Shown here one piece after another: positions 12,423 to 23,433 of a stretch of DNA of 64,000 nt. The DNA lies in NCBI GenBank assembly GCA_021805775.1, contig JAJZED010000004.1:1-64000 (forward strand), written 5' to 3'. This stretch comes from a bacterium. GTDB taxonomy: Bacteria > Vulcanimicrobiota > Vulcanimicrobiia > Vulcanimicrobiales > Vulcanimicrobiaceae. The notes beneath the pieces were generated by a model that saw only the letters and a list, made by a program, of their open reading frames with translations, did not search any database and was not told the origin of the DNA. Position numbers and translations under genes: made by a program. How positions within the stretch are numbered: the stretch's first letter is position 1; the number at the start of each line of letters is the position of its first letter.

Positions 12423-15400
12423 CTATCTCGCCGGCGGCAGGATGGGAAGCAGATGAGCTCCCGCGGCGTGCAAGCGAGCGTTGAGCCCCGGTATGGAGCG
12501 GACGTATGCGTTATAAGCGGCGCGTGCGGAACGATATTTCGCTTCGATCCGCGCGTAAAACTGCGCCGCAGCCTGGGTAATGATGCCTTGAACCGGGAAG
12601 GATTGCAGCGAACTGAGCGCTCCATCGAGGTTCTCCCGTAGCGCGCCTGGCCGCGAGACGGAATCCTCGCTGTTGGTATAGTTTGCGGTCAGCTGCGCCA
12701 TGACGGCGATGCGCCCGCTCCGAGCGCGTGCGATCGCCGCTGCGGCAGGCCCCGCGAGCGTCGGCTCGGCGGCGAGTGTTTTTCCGACGGCGTCGAGGTG
12801 GTTCAGCATCGTGTCGACGCTGGAATACAGGTTGTTGAGGTGTGCGAACGCGTTGTAGCTCTCGCGCATCTGCGCGAGCGTCTCGGTCGCTTGCGGGTCG
12901 GCCTTGACGGCGAAGCGTTGCACGAACGTTCGCCCGTCAAGCGTTACTCGCACGGCATAGCTCCCCGGTACGACCGTCGCGCCGTCAGTGGGCCCGGCGA
13001 ATGCAGGGTTCGCTGCGCCGGTCCATGGTACGGGCGGCGCGGTCGTGAAGTTCCAAACGATACGGTTGAGCCCGGGGCGGTTGCTGCCTTTCAACGTGCG
13101 GACGACGCGCCCGGAGGAATCGAGAATCGCAAGCATCGGAACCCGCGCTTGTGCTTTGGCTTGGTAGTAGCTGATCGGAACGCCGTAGGGCGGATTCTTC
13201 GCCGCGAAATTCGTGTAGGTGCCTTCGGTATTGTTGGTGAGGTTGTACTCATACGAAGTGCGCGGAGCGAAAAGCATCGCCCCCGCCGCCACGGCTTTCG
13301 GCAATTGCTGCAGCGGGCGGAGATCGTCCATCACCCAGATCGAGCGGCCGTGCGTCGCAATAACGAGGTCGTCGAATTGCGGTTGGATGCGAATATCGCG
13401 CACCGAGACCGGCGGCATGTTATTGCGCAAACTCTGCCAGTGCGAGCCGCGATCGTACGAAACCCACACGCCCTCCTCGGTCCCGAGATAGACGAGGTTC
13501 GGGTTGTGAATGTCGGGGCGAATCGAACGCGTCCAGAGATCGTGCGGCAAATCGTTCACGATGGAGCGCCAATGGGCACCGTAGTCGCTGGTGACCCAAA
13601 CTTGCGGTGCATCGTCGCCCATAAGATGGGAATCTTCCACCGCGTACGCCGTGCCGCGCTGAAGCGGTGATGGCGCCACGGTCTCAAAACGTCCGTTGGG
13701 ATCGGCGCCGGGCGGGGTAACGTTTTTCCAATGCGCGCCGCCGTCGCGCGTGAGTTGCACGAGCCCGTCATCGGTGCCGACCCAAATCTCGCCGCGCGAG
13801 ATCGGCGAGCCCTCGATATCGAGAATGGTGTCGGTGTATTCGGCTCCGGTGACGTCGTGCGTGATCGGTCCGCCCGACGGCCCTTCGTGTGCTTTGTCGT
13901 TGCGCGTCAGATCGGGGCTGATCGCTTTCCAGGTCAGGCCGCGATCGGTGGTTTGAAAGACGACGTTTCCGCCGAACCAGACGATATGCGGATTCCACGG
14001 CGCGAAACCGATCGGCGATTCCCAATTAAAGCGATACGGGCTCGACGCGATATTGTAATCTTGCTGGACGCTCGTAAAATACGGTTCGGCAAACGTGTAT
14101 TCGCGCGAGGTACGATCGAACCGAAAAAGCGCACCATCTTGGCCGTCGGACCAAATGATGTTGGAATCGTGCGGGTCGGGAATCGCCCACTGGCCGTCGT
14201 CGTCGTAGACGACTGCATACCAGGCCGCGTTCGTGATGCCGGCCATATCGAGTGAGTTCGAGGGCCCGCAATACGAATTATTATCTTGTAGGCCGCCGCA
14301 GATCGTGTAGGGATTGTCGTTTCCTAATCCGACGCGGTAGAACTGCCCGATGGGGAGATTCGCCCAGAATGCCCAGGTGCGCCCGCCGTTGACGGTGAGC
14401 GCGTAGCCGCCGTCTTCGCCGACGATCATGCGCTGCGAATCGTTCGGTGCGATCCAGATTGCGTGGAAATCGCCGTGCACGTTATCGGCGATCGCCTTGA
14501 AGTGGAGGCCGCCGTCGGTGCTCTTGGCGAGCGCGGTCGATGCCGTATAGACGGTATTGGGATTGTTGGGATCGACTTCAATATGCGAGAAGTAGAAGGG
14601 GCGCTGGTCGACGAGGGTGTTCGAACTCACGAGTCTCCAGGTATTGCCGTCGTCGTCGGAGCGCCAAAGAATGCCGTGCTTCGCTTCGATCAACGCATAG
14701 ACGCGTTGCGGATCGCTCGGTGCGACGGCGAGCCCGATGCGCCCGGTGATTCCCGCGGGAAGGCCGCCGCCGGTCAGCCGTTTCCACGTGCGCCCGCCGT
14801 CGGTCGAACGGTAGATGCCGTCGCGTTTACCGCCGCTGCGAAAGGTCCACGGTCGCCGCTGAAACTCCCAGACGCCGGCGAAGATGACGTTGGGCGTACG
14901 CGGATTCATCGCGAGATCGGAGACGCCGCTGATCGGCCCGACGTCAAGCGTCTTGCTCCAGCTCTTCCCACCGTTAAAAGTGACGTAGACGCCGCGGTGC
15001 GGCGAGCTCGCAAAGACGTCGCCGAGTGCGCCGACGATAACGTGCTGCGGGTCGCTGGGGTCGATGAGGATGCGTGAGATATATTTCGTGCCGCGCAGGC
15101 CGACGTTCTTCCAGGTTTTTCCGCCATCGGTCGTTTTGTAGAGGCCGTCACCGTAACTCACGTCGTTACGTGGATTCGATTCCCCGGTGCCGACCCAGAC
15201 GGTACGATCGTTCGTCGGGTCGATGGCGATCGCACCGATCGAGCCGACGCTTTCGTGGTCGAAGACGGGTTTCCAAGAGGCACCGCCGTCGTTGCTTTTC
15301 CATACACCGCCGCCCGCCGCACCGAGATAGTAAAGGTGGGGGTTGCGGGCCGATCCGGCGACCGATGTGACGCGCCCCCCGGCCGCCGCCGGGCCGGTTT

Positions 15401-15494
15401 CGCGCCAGTGCAGGTTCCCGGTGGGAAGGGTCGCCGCAGCGCCGATAACCGGCGCGAGCAAAAACGCGGTCAAAGCAACGAACGAACGGATCAT
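12423..15494 (-). CDS. Secreted BNR/Asp-box repeat protein (sortilin/VPS10-like or GH74-like beta-propeller glycosidase family)
   Basis: 1023 aa. N-terminal signal peptide (MIRSFVALTAFLLAPVIGAAA). At least 11 Asp-box motifs S/T-x-D-x-G-x-T/S-W (SNDGGASWK, TTDGGKTWK, STDGGRTWK, SDDDGNTWR, TTDRGLTWK, TRDGGAHWK, SYDRGSHWQ and others). Confidence 0.8.
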   Translation of the reverse strand: MIRSFVALTAFLLAPVIGAAATLPTGNLHWRETGPAAAGGRVTSVAGSARNPHLYYLGAAGGGVWKSNDGGASWKPVFDHESVGSIGAIAIDPTNDRTVWVGTGESNPRNDVSYGDGLYKTTDGGKTWKNVGLRGTKYISRILIDPSDPQHVIVGALGDVFASSPHRGVYVTFNGGKSWSKTLDVGPISGVSDLAMNPRTPNVIFAGVWEFQRRPWTFRSGGKRDGIYRSTDGGRTWKRLTGGGLPAGITGRIGLAVAPSDPQRVYALIEAKHGILWRSDDDGNTWRLVSSNTLVDQRPFYFSHIEVDPNNPNTVYTASTALAKSTDGGLHFKAIADNVHGDFHAIWIAPNDSQRMIVGEDGGYALTVNGGRTWAFWANLPIGQFYRVGLGNDNPYTICGGLQDNNSYCGPSNSLDMAGITNAAWYAVVYDDDGQWAIPDPHDSNIIWSDGQDGALFRFDRTSREYTFAEPYFTSVQQDYNIASSPYRFNWESPIGFAPWNPHIVWFGGNVVFQTTDRGLTWKAISPDLTRNDKAHEGPSGGPITHDVTGAEYTDTILDIEGSPISRGEIWVGTDDGLVQLTRDGGAHWKNVTPPGADPNGRFETVAPSPLQRGTAYAVEDSHLMGDDAPQVWVTSDYGAHWRSIVNDLPHDLWTRSIRPDIHNPNLVYLGTEEGVWVSYDRGSHWQSLRNNMPPVSVRDIRIQPQFDDLVIATHGRSIWVMDDLRPLQQLPKAVAAGAMLFAPRTSYEYNLTNNTEGTYTNFAAKNPPYGVPISYYQAKAQARVPMLAILDSSGRVVRTLKGSNRPGLNRIVWNFTTAPPVPWTGAANPAFAGPTDGATVVPGSYAVRVTLDGRTFVQRFAVKADPQATETLAQMRESYNAFAHLNNLYSSVDTMLNHLDAVGKTLAAEPTLAGPAAAAIARARSGRIAVMAQLTANYTNSEDSVSRPGALRENLDGALSSLQSFPVQGIITQAAAQFYARIEAKYRSARAAYNAYVRSIPGLNARLHAAGAHLLPILPPAR

Positions 15495-15496
15495 CT

Positions 15497-15664
15497 CTAC
15501 GCTCTCTCTTCCTCGTCATCGGCGCCGTGGTGGAGATCTTTTTGGTCGTCACGGTTCGGGTCCATGTCGGTGTCGGCATAGACGGCCATCGCCTCTTCGA
15601 TCTCTTTTTTTAGTTTCTCCGAGGGTGGCGTATCGCTGGAAGCTTGCTTTTTCTCTTGGCTCAT
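15497..15664 (-). CDS. Small acidic hypothetical protein (55 aa)
   Basis: Start at the MSQEKKQASSD Met. Highly charged, acidic C-terminus (DDEEERA). The longer track ORF has an Arg/Ser-rich, non-protein-like N-terminus. Transcribed divergently from the SPFH gene. Confidence 0.35.
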   Translation of the reverse strand: MSQEKKQASSDTPPSEKLKKEIEEAMAVYADTDMDPNRDDQKDLHHGADDEEERA

Positions 15665-15852
15665 GGCCGGCCTCGCTTTCGTGCTGCGATTTTCGGTTCG
15701 GCGTGCGCTCTTAGACGTCCCGTGCCGCGAACCCGGGGAATAAGCGTTCGAGGAGCGCAGTTTGGAGCGACCGCGCCTTGGGTATACATCAAAACGGGTC
15801 CACGACGCTTCGTGCAGCGTCATTAGGCGCTTAGCGCCGAAAGGACGGCAAT

Positions 15853-16650
15853 ATGCTGTCATCGATAGTCCTCCTGCCAGTCTACGTCATCGTTCTCATT
15901 ACCCTGCTCTCAAGCATCAAGATTCTTCGGGAGTACGAGCGGGCGGTGGTCTTCCAACTCGGGCGTTTTCAAGCCGTTCGGGGGCCGGGTCTCGTCCTGA
16001 TCGTGCCGTTCGTCCAACAGATCGTGCGGGTCGATCTCCGGACGGTGGTGATGGAGGTTCCCGCCCAGGACGTCATTTCACGCGATAACGTTTCGATGAA
16101 GGTCGACGCGATTCTGTACTTTCGGGTCATTGACGCTGAAAAGGCGATCATTCAGGTCGAAAACTACATCGGAGCGACGAACATGCTCGCACAGACAACC
16201 TTGCGCTCGGTTCTCGGACAGCACGAACTCGACGAGATGCTTGCTAAACGCACCGATTTAAATGCAGACGTTCAAAATACCCTCGACGCTCAGACGGAAT
16301 CGTGGGGCATCAAAGTCATCAGCGTGGAGATTCGCGAGGTGCAACTCACGGAGAATATGGTTCGCTCGATTGCCAAACAGGCCGAGGCCGAGCGCGACCG
16401 CCGCGCCAAAGTGATACACGCGAACGCAGAGTTTCAAGCTGCGCAGACGCTGCTCGACGCGGCACGTATTCTCGCGTCCGATCCGGCGGCGATGCAACTG
16501 CGATATCTCCAAACCCTCACAGAAGTCGGCGCCGAACATAATTCCACGATCGTCTTCCCGATGCCGATCGATATCATAAAACCGTTCTTACAGATCGCTC
16601 AGAAGCACGCCGACGAATTGACGGCGAGAGCAAACGGGCCTCGGGTGTAG
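15853..16650 (+). CDS. SPFH/band-7 (stomatin/prohibitin-like) membrane protein
   Basis: N-terminal TM helix, then the band-7 core (IKILREYERAVVFQLGRF ... VRVDLRT ... ISRDNVSMKVDAILYFRV) and a coiled-coil AEAERDRRAK segment. Confidence 0.9.
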   Translation: MLSSIVLLPVYVIVLITLLSSIKILREYERAVVFQLGRFQAVRGPGLVLIVPFVQQIVRVDLRTVVMEVPAQDVISRDNVSMKVDAILYFRVIDAEKAIIQVENYIGATNMLAQTTLRSVLGQHELDEMLAKRTDLNADVQNTLDAQTESWGIKVISVEIREVQLTENMVRSIAKQAEAERDRRAKVIHANAEFQAAQTLLDAARILASDPAAMQLRYLQTLTEVGAEHNSTIVFPMPIDIIKPFLQIAQKHADELTARANGPRV

Positions 16651-16663
16651 CGGCACCTCGTCT

Positions 16664-18427
16664 GTGCCTGCCGAAGAAGAGAGGATGCAAGAGGCACGTC
16701 ATGGCGGCGATCGTATCGCTGAAACGCTGGCGGCACACGGCGTGCTCCGGCTCTATACGCTCTGCGGCGGGCATATCTCGCCGATTCTAACGGCGGCGAA
16801 GGCGCGCGGCATCCGCGTTCTCGACGTTCGCGACGAGGCGACTGCGGTCTTCGCGGCGGATGCCGAAGGGCGGCTCACCGGTATCCCGGGCGTGGCGGCG
16901 GTGACCGCGGGGCCCGGGCTCACCAACGCCATCACCGCGATGCAGAATGCGCGGCTCGCGCAATCGCCGCTGATTTTGCTCTGCGGCGGCGTACCGACCG
17001 CGCTGCGCGGTCGCGGTGCGTTGCAAGATATCGATCAGCGCGCGGCGATCGCCCCGCACGTGAAGCGGGCGATGCAGGTTCGGCGCGTGGCCGATCTGCA
17101 ACCCGCGCTCGAAGCGGCATTCGCAACCGCGCGTGCCGGTGTTCCGGGCCCGGTCTTCCTCGAGGCCCCGGTCGATTTGCTCTACGATGAGGCGACGATT
17201 CGCAGTTGGTACGCACAGGCGGCGAGCAAGGGAAAATCGCTCGCCGATCGCGCGCAGCGCTGGTATCTCAACCGGCATGCCGCGCGTCTTTTCGCCGGCT
17301 CGCACCGAGCGCATACGCCGACGGATGCACCGCACGATCTGCCGATGCCGTCGCACGCGCGCATCGCGTCGGCGCACGTGGCACTGCAGCGGGCGGAGCG
17401 GCCGCTCGCCGTCATCGGCAGCCAGGCGCTATCCGCCCCGCAGAATGCGCGTGCGATTGCCGATGCGATCGGTGCAATCGGCATCCCCGTCTATCTCTCA
17501 GGCATGGCCCGTGGCTTGCTGGGACGCGAGCATCCCTTGCAAATGCGACATCGCCGGCGCGAGGCCTTACGCGAGGCGGATTGCGTCGTATTAGCGGGCG
17601 TTCCGTGCGATTTTCGGCTCGGGTACGGTGCCGATATTCGGCGCAGCAGCACGCTCGTTGCTGCGAATCGCAGCCGCGCCGATGCGGGCCTCAATCGCCG
17701 GCCCACGATCGCCGCGATCGGCGATGCGGGGCTCTTCTTGACGAGCCTTGCCCGGCGAGGGCCTTGGAAGAATGCGCCGGGGAACGATTGGATCGCACGG
17801 TTGCGCGAGCGCCACGCGGAGCGCGAACGCGAGATATCGGAGACCGAACGTCGCCCCGGCGAGTATGTCAACGCGATCTCGCTTCTGCGCGCCATCGATC
17901 GCTGCGCCGACGAACGAGCGATATTCGTCGCCGACGGCGGTGATTTCGTTGCAACGGCTTCCTACGTGTTGCGTCCGCGCGCGCCGTTGAGTTGGCTCGA
18001 CCCGGGGGTTTTCGGAACGCTCGGCGTCGGCGCGGGGTTCTCGCTCGCCGCTGCGCTCGCGCGCCCGCAGAGCGAGCTCTGGGCGCTCTTCGGCGACGGT
18101 GCATGCGGGTACGCGCTCGCGGAGTTCGACACGTTCGTACGACATCGGATCGGGCTTATCGCCGTCGTCGGTAACGACGCGTGTTGGTCGCAGATCGCAC
18201 GCGAACAGGTGAAAATGCTCGGCGACGACGTCGGCACGGTGCTTGCCCGAACGGCGTATCACGAAGTTGCAGCGGGATTTGGTGCGCTCGGCATTCTCGT
18301 GAAGAGCGAAAGCGAGATCGAGCCGGCGCTCGCCCGCGCGCGCGAATCGGCGCGCAACGGCGTGCCGGCGCTCGTGAACGTCTGGCTCGAGCGGAACGAC
18401 TTTCGCGAGGGGTCGATCTCGATGTAA
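16664..18427 (+). CDS. Thiamine-pyrophosphate-dependent enzyme (acetolactate-synthase/oxalyl-CoA-decarboxylase family)
   Basis: N-terminal pyrimidine-binding fold ([13 protein letters not shown]) and C-terminal TPP-binding motif [12 protein letters not shown] ... VGNDACW (GDG-x24-N). Confidence 0.8.
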   Translation: MPAEEERMQEARHGGDRIAETLAAHGVLRLYTLCGGHISPILTAAKARGIRVLDVRDEATAVFAADAEGRLTGIPGVAAVTAGPGLTNAITAMQNARLAQSPLILLCGGVPTALRGRGALQDIDQRAAIAPHVKRAMQVRRVADLQPALEAAFATARAGVPGPVFLEAPVDLLYDEATIRSWYAQAASKGKSLADRAQRWYLNRHAARLFAGSHRAHTPTDAPHDLPMPSHARIASAHVALQRAERPLAVIGSQALSAPQNARAIADAIGAIGIPVYLSGMARGLLGREHPLQMRHRRREALREADCVVLAGVPCDFRLGYGADIRRSSTLVAANRSRADAGLNRRPTIAAIGDAGLFLTSLARRGPWKNAPGNDWIARLRERHAEREREISETERRPGEYVNAISLLRAIDRCADERAIFVADGGDFVATASYVLRPRAPLSWLDPGVFGTLGVGAGFSLAAALARPQSELWALFGDGACGYALAEFDTFVRHRIGLIAVVGNDACWSQIAREQVKMLGDDVGTVLARTAYHEVAAGFGALGILVKSESEIEPALARARESARNGVPALVNVWLERNDFREGSISM

Positions 18428-18513
18428 GTGAGATGTAAGGGGAGCCTGGTTTCATGGATGGCGGGGTGCCATAACCGAAGCAAGCAACCGCATTTGAAGC
18501 GCTGGAGGTCTCT

Positions 18514-19757
18514 GTGCGCGAGAGAGCTGTTCGACCGGGGGCTACATTCGCTGCGGCGGCGGCGACGTTCGCCCTCCTTGCCGGTGTCGCAAGCGCTGCG
18601 CCACGCTCGAAGGCGTTCGTTCCAAGGACGAACACGATCTTGCAGGCGATGGCCGCTGCGCTCGGCGGCAGCGCGCGAATCGCGAAGATCGACACGATCT
18701 ATTTCGAATGGCACGTGCTCGGCGTGCAAATCCGCAATGGGTCAGATCGGTGGAGTGCGAACGCATCAGCGCGCGAGAGAATGGTTTACCGCCGCAGGCG
18801 ACGATCGCATGGAGGCCCTCACGGCGGCGATGCAGGGAGCCCCGGTGCTGCGGGTCTTTATTCCGGGTACGATCCACGAGAGTCTCTCGATCGTGGTAAC
18901 CGATTCCGGGCGATACGTTCGGGCATCGAATGGAACGAAGTGTTCTTCGGCCTCGGGAGGGCTCTGCGTCGAACCGACCGAGATCGACCTGGATACGGCG
19001 GCCTCCCACGTTCGAACGAGCGCCCGGATCGACGTCACCGAGAGCGGATACAACGGCAGCTTTAGCGAGAGCGATACCTGCGCGGGTATTGCGAGCATCG
19101 TTCCCGTCGGGAAGGCAAATGCACCGGCTGTGTTTTCGGTGACGCCTTCTCACCCCGGCCGATGCACCGTTACTTTTTCGTCGAGTTCGCCGCAGGGGTG
19201 GCCGCTTGAAGGCGATCAGGGATCGCCGAGCGGTAATAGCACCGGAGCGCTGCAAGCTCCCGATCTTTCGCGTGAGATTTCCTGCGTTTATTGGATGACG
19301 TTTGCATATTTACACGCCGGCGCTCTCCCCGGCCGCATCCGGTACGTTCCTATCCGCGGCGCCGACGAATACGAACTGAATATGCAGCCGCAGGGCGGCG
19401 AGCCGATCGTTGCCACGATAAACGGGGCAACATTTTTACCCGACAAAATTCAAATTGGCAGCGAGCCCTTCGAGATGATCGTCAATCCGAGTGCCTGGAA
19501 GGCGACCGCCGGCGTGCTCTTCCCGATTGTAAGGCACGCCGTCGGAAGTCGGCTGTCGGCATAACCCCGGGCATATTGGAGATATCTATTACGGGAACCC
19601 CATCCTTTCGTTTACCGATGAGACGGCGACGCCGGGGCGGCTCGATTATTAATTCATCGAGGAGGGCTCACCCAACGACTTTGGACCGAACGGCCGGATA
19701 CGCACCCTGCAGGTCGACATGCGCTATTCAAACGGCGTGCGAATCATCACGCATTAG
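18514..19757 (+). pseudogene. Degraded secreted-protein gene (at least two frameshifts and an internal stop)
   Basis: Frame 1 (18514 to about 18775) encodes a signal peptide plus protein-like sequence, then turns Arg-rich. Frame 2 (track ORF 18428..19564) is Arg-rich before about 18776 and protein-like after it. The junction lies in a GCGCGAGAGA run. Frame 0 continues from about 19533, with protein-like translation across an in-frame TAA to about 19757. The end coordinate is approximate. Confidence 0.4.
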
Positions 19758-19815
19758 CACGTAGCAGCTCCCCGGTCGAGCGAAGTTCCAGAGAAGGCCG
19801 CCGGATCGAGCGTTC

Positions 19816-20841
19816 TTGCGCTTTTCCCTCGATATGCGCAGAATGGGAGCTATGAACGCACGGCTACGGGCTCCGGCGGCGATCGGCATAGTGCTGGTAT
19901 CGATCATTGTCGTCGCCTGGATTCTCAAGCCCCTGCTGTCGATCGTCGTTCCGACCGGGGCCTACGCGCTCATCACGTGGCCATTGGTGCGGCTTCTGCG
20001 GCGATACATGCCGTCGGCCCTCGCAACCGTCCTCGCCAATGCCGCGCTCGCCGCCCTCATTGCGGGTATCTCCATCCTCTTCGGCCCGGTACTTTACGCG
20101 CAGGCACTTCAGTTGCTCGCGACGCTGCCCGAGGCCGCCGGCAGCGCGCTCGCCGCATTGCCCGCGGGAGCGCGCGACGAACTCGTACGGCTCGCCGGGC
20201 AGGTGGACGTGGGCGTGCTCTCGTGGTCGCGCGAAATTTTCGGCGCATCGTTGAAGCTCTTGCGTTCGACCACGGCGATCGTGGGTGCTACGGTGCTCGT
20301 GCCGGTCCTTGCGACATACCTGCAACTCGACGCTCCGCGCTACCTGCGCGCGCTCGACAGGATCGTTCCTGTCGATCGGGTGGAAAACGTTCGCGAAACG
20401 ATCGCCGAAATGTACGCCGTGCTCGACGGATTCGTGCGAGCGCAGATCGTGGTCAGCGCGATCGTCGGGTTTCTCGTCTTCCTCGCTTTGCAACTGCTCG
20501 GCATTCCGTTTGCCTTGACGATCGGCATCATGACGGCGGCGATCGATCTCATACCCTATCTCGGGGGTATCGCGGCGATCCTCCCGTCGGTCGTACTTGC
20601 TCTTGCCGACGGCGGCTTCGCGAAAGCGCTTATCGTGCTCGTTCTCATCCTCGCGATTTTTGAATTCGAAGCGCAGGTACTCTCGCCGCAATTCGTCGGA
20701 AGGCGAACCCGCCTTCCGGTCTCAATGGTGGTTCTTGCGTTGCTCGTCGGCGGCGAATTATTCGGTCCGCTCGGGCTCTATCTCGCCGTTCCCGTGGCGG
20801 CGATGGCGCGGGTTGCCATCGCGCGTAGTTTGGGAACATAA
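19816..20841 (+). CDS. AI-2E family transporter (PerM/UPF0118)
   Basis: 341 aa, about 8 TM helices. Conserved C-terminal block IGIMTAAIDLIPYLGGIAAILP ... FVGRRTRLP typical of PF01594. Confidence 0.8.
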   Translation: MRFSLDMRRMGAMNARLRAPAAIGIVLVSIIVVAWILKPLLSIVVPTGAYALITWPLVRLLRRYMPSALATVLANAALAALIAGISILFGPVLYAQALQLLATLPEAAGSALAALPAGARDELVRLAGQVDVGVLSWSREIFGASLKLLRSTTAIVGATVLVPVLATYLQLDAPRYLRALDRIVPVDRVENVRETIAEMYAVLDGFVRAQIVVSAIVGFLVFLALQLLGIPFALTIGIMTAAIDLIPYLGGIAAILPSVVLALADGGFAKALIVLVLILAIFEFEAQVLSPQFVGRRTRLPVSMVVLALLVGGELFGPLGLYLAVPVAAMARVAIARSLGT

Positions 20842-23433
20842 TTGGAAAACGGAGTGGAACCGGTCACCGATAGGCTCGCCGACGCTGAAACGGCAGCGCT
20901 TGGGCTCGGTTCGGTAGAGGCTGCTCGACGGCTCGCGCTCGACGGGGCGAACGAACTGCCGTCGGCAAAACGGCGTTCGTGGCTCTCGGTCGCCGCCGAG
21001 GCCGCGCGCGAACCGATGTTCCTGTTGTTGGTCGCTTGCGGCGTCGTGTACATTCTCCTCGGCGATCCCGCCGAGGCCGCGATGCTGCTCGCCTTCGTTG
21101 CCGTCGTCGTCGGAATCAGCATTTCGCAGGCACAGAAGGCGGAGAGAACGCTCGACACGCTTCGCGAGCTCTCCGCTTTCCAAGCGATCGTCATTCGTGA
21201 CGGCCGCCAACAACGCATCTCCGCGCGCGATATCGTCTGCGGCGACGCCATCGTCATCCTCGAAGGCGATCGCGTTCCCGCCGATGCGGTGCTGCTCTCC
21301 GGGAACAACGTGAAGGTCGATGAAGCCCTACTCACCGGCGAATCGGTCGCGGTTCGTAAAGCGGTGCGCTCGCCGATACCCGATCGGATGGCGAAACCCG
21401 GCGGAGAAGATCTTCCGTTCGTTTATTCGGGCACAATGGTCGTCGGCGGGAAGGGCGTCGCGCGCGTGCTTGCGATCGGTTCGAAGACCGAGATCGGCGC
21501 GATCGGCAGTGCGCTCGCCGATGTAAAGATCGAACCGACCCGCATCCAGCGGGAGACGAACTCGGTGGTGCGGCGGCTAGCCGTTGCGGCGTTGATTGTC
21601 AGCGCATTGGTCGCGCTCGCCTACGGCTTGCACCGCGGAGATTGGTTGCGCGCCGTGTTGGTCGGCATCGCGCTTGCGATGGCGATTCTTCCCGAAGAAC
21701 TTCCCGTCGTGTTGTCGGTATTTCTCGGGCTCGGTGCTTGGAGAATCGCGCAGAAAAATGTACTGACGCGCCGCCTTCCGGCGATTGAAATGTTGGGTTC
21801 GGCGACGCTCCTTTGCGTCGATAAAACCGGCACGCTCACTGAAAATCGCATGTCCGTCGTAACGCTCGCCGCCGCCGACGGTGCGCTTTGCCGTTGCGAT
21901 AGTGCGACACCGATCCCCGCGCAGTACCACGATATTCTCGAATACGGCGCATTGGCGAGCCATCGCGATCCCTTCGACCCGACCGAACGCGCGATCGCCG
22001 ATGCGTTAGCGCATCGCTTAGCGGGAAGCGACCGCAGGCATCGCGACTGGGTGCTCGCCGGTGAGTACCCGCTATCGCGCTCGATGCTCGCAATGTCGCG
22101 GGTTTGGGTTCGTCCCGATGCTCGGAGCTGGGTCGTTGCTGCAAAAGGCGCACCGGAAGCAATCGCCGATCTCTGCCATCTCGACCGCGTTCGAACCGAG
22201 GCCCTCGAAGCCCGCGTATCGGAGATCGCCTCGACGGGGCTGCGCGTTTTGGGTGTGGCGCGAGCGCTCTACAACGGCGATACCCTGCCCGAGGGGCAGC
22301 ACGATTTCGAGTTTGAATTTGTCGGATTGATCGGCCTCGCCGATCCGATTCGGCCGCGCGTGCCGGCGGCGGTCGCCGAGGCCTACACCGCGGGCATCCG
22401 CGTCGTCATCATCACTGGCGACTACCCGGCGACGGCGGTCAGCGTTGCGAAGAGTATCGGGTTGAAGAGCCCGGAGCGTTATCTGACCGGCGTGCAGATC
22501 GAAGCGATGGACGATGCGGCGCTCTCGGCGGCGGTCGCCGAGACGAATATTTTCTGTCGCGTTATTCCCGAGCAGAAACTACGATTGGTCGAGGCCTTCA
22601 AACGAAACGGTGAGATCGTCGCGATGACGGGAGACGGTGTTAACGATGCGCCTGCTTTGAAAGCCGCTCACGTCGGCATTGCCATGGGTGCGCGAGGAAC
22701 CGATGTCGCGCGCGAAGCGGCGGCGCTGGTGCTTCTCGATGACGATTTCGGTTCGATTATCGATGCCGTGAAACTCGGGCGACGGATCTTTGACAATCTC
22801 CACAAGGCAATCGCGTTCGTTATTTCCGCACACGTTCCAATCGTGGGAATGAGCTTGATTCCGGTGCTTTTCGGAATGCCGTTGCTGCTGTTACCCGTGC
22901 ATATTCTGTTCTTACAGCTCATCATCGATCCGGCGTGCTCGATCGCGTTCGAGGCAGAGCCGGCTGAAGAAGATATTATGCGGCGGCCGCCGAGACCCGT
23001 CGGCGCGTCCTTGTTCGATCGCGCGCTTCTCATTCATGCCGGAATGCAAGGGGGCATCGCCTTGGCCGCAACGCTTGCGGTCTTTGTTGCGGCTCTTGCG
23101 TTCGGGCGCGACGAACGCGTCGCGCGCGCGTTGGCATTTACGACGATGGTGTTGGTGAGCGTCGCGCTCCTGTTCATCAATCGCTCGACCGGTGGGAGCG
23201 TCGCGCGCACGATGCGCGTTCGCAACCCGGCGGTAACGATCATCGCCGTGGGGGCGCTGCTCTTCCTTGTCGCGGCGCTGACCGTCGTTCCGATCCGTCA
23301 CCTGTTTTCGTTTGAGGCTCTGCGACTGCAGGATCTTCTCTTACCGGCCGCCGCGTGGGTCGCCTCGATTCTCGGATTGGTGCTCCTTCGTTTTGCGGCG
23401 ACGCACGCGCGCGAGCGCTCGTGGGCGAACTAG
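20842..23433 (+). CDS. Cation-transporting P-type ATPase (type IIA, Ca2+/Mg2+-like)
   Basis: 863 aa. TGES, phosphorylation motif CVDKTGTLTEN, hinge TGDGVNDAPALKAAHVGIAMG, 10-TM topology. No CPC or heavy-metal motif. Confidence 0.9.
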   Translation: MENGVEPVTDRLADAETAALGLGSVEAARRLALDGANELPSAKRRSWLSVAAEAAREPMFLLLVACGVVYILLGDPAEAAMLLAFVAVVVGISISQAQKAERTLDTLRELSAFQAIVIRDGRQQRISARDIVCGDAIVILEGDRVPADAVLLSGNNVKVDEALLTGESVAVRKAVRSPIPDRMAKPGGEDLPFVYSGTMVVGGKGVARVLAIGSKTEIGAIGSALADVKIEPTRIQRETNSVVRRLAVAALIVSALVALAYGLHRGDWLRAVLVGIALAMAILPEELPVVLSVFLGLGAWRIAQKNVLTRRLPAIEMLGSATLLCVDKTGTLTENRMSVVTLAAADGALCRCDSATPIPAQYHDILEYGALASHRDPFDPTERAIADALAHRLAGSDRRHRDWVLAGEYPLSRSMLAMSRVWVRPDARSWVVAAKGAPEAIADLCHLDRVRTEALEARVSEIASTGLRVLGVARALYNGDTLPEGQHDFEFEFVGLIGLADPIRPRVPAAVAEAYTAGIRVVIITGDYPATAVSVAKSIGLKSPERYLTGVQIEAMDDAALSAAVAETNIFCRVIPEQKLRLVEAFKRNGEIVAMTGDGVNDAPALKAAHVGIAMGARGTDVAREAAALVLLDDDFGSIIDAVKLGRRIFDNLHKAIAFVISAHVPIVGMSLIPVLFGMPLLLLPVHILFLQLIIDPACSIAFEAEPAEEDIMRRPPRPVGASLFDRALLIHAGMQGGIALAATLAVFVAALAFGRDERVARALAFTTMVLVSVALLFINRSTGGSVARTMRVRNPAVTIIAVGALLFLVAALTVVPIRHLFSFEALRLQDLLLPAAAWVASILGLVLLRFAATHARERSWAN

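Noticed and set aside
18428-19564. The 378-aa track ORF as an intact gene.
   Set aside because: Its first 115 codons are Arg-rich junk, while an overlapping frame encodes a signal peptide. This is better explained as a frameshifted gene (see pseudogene feature).
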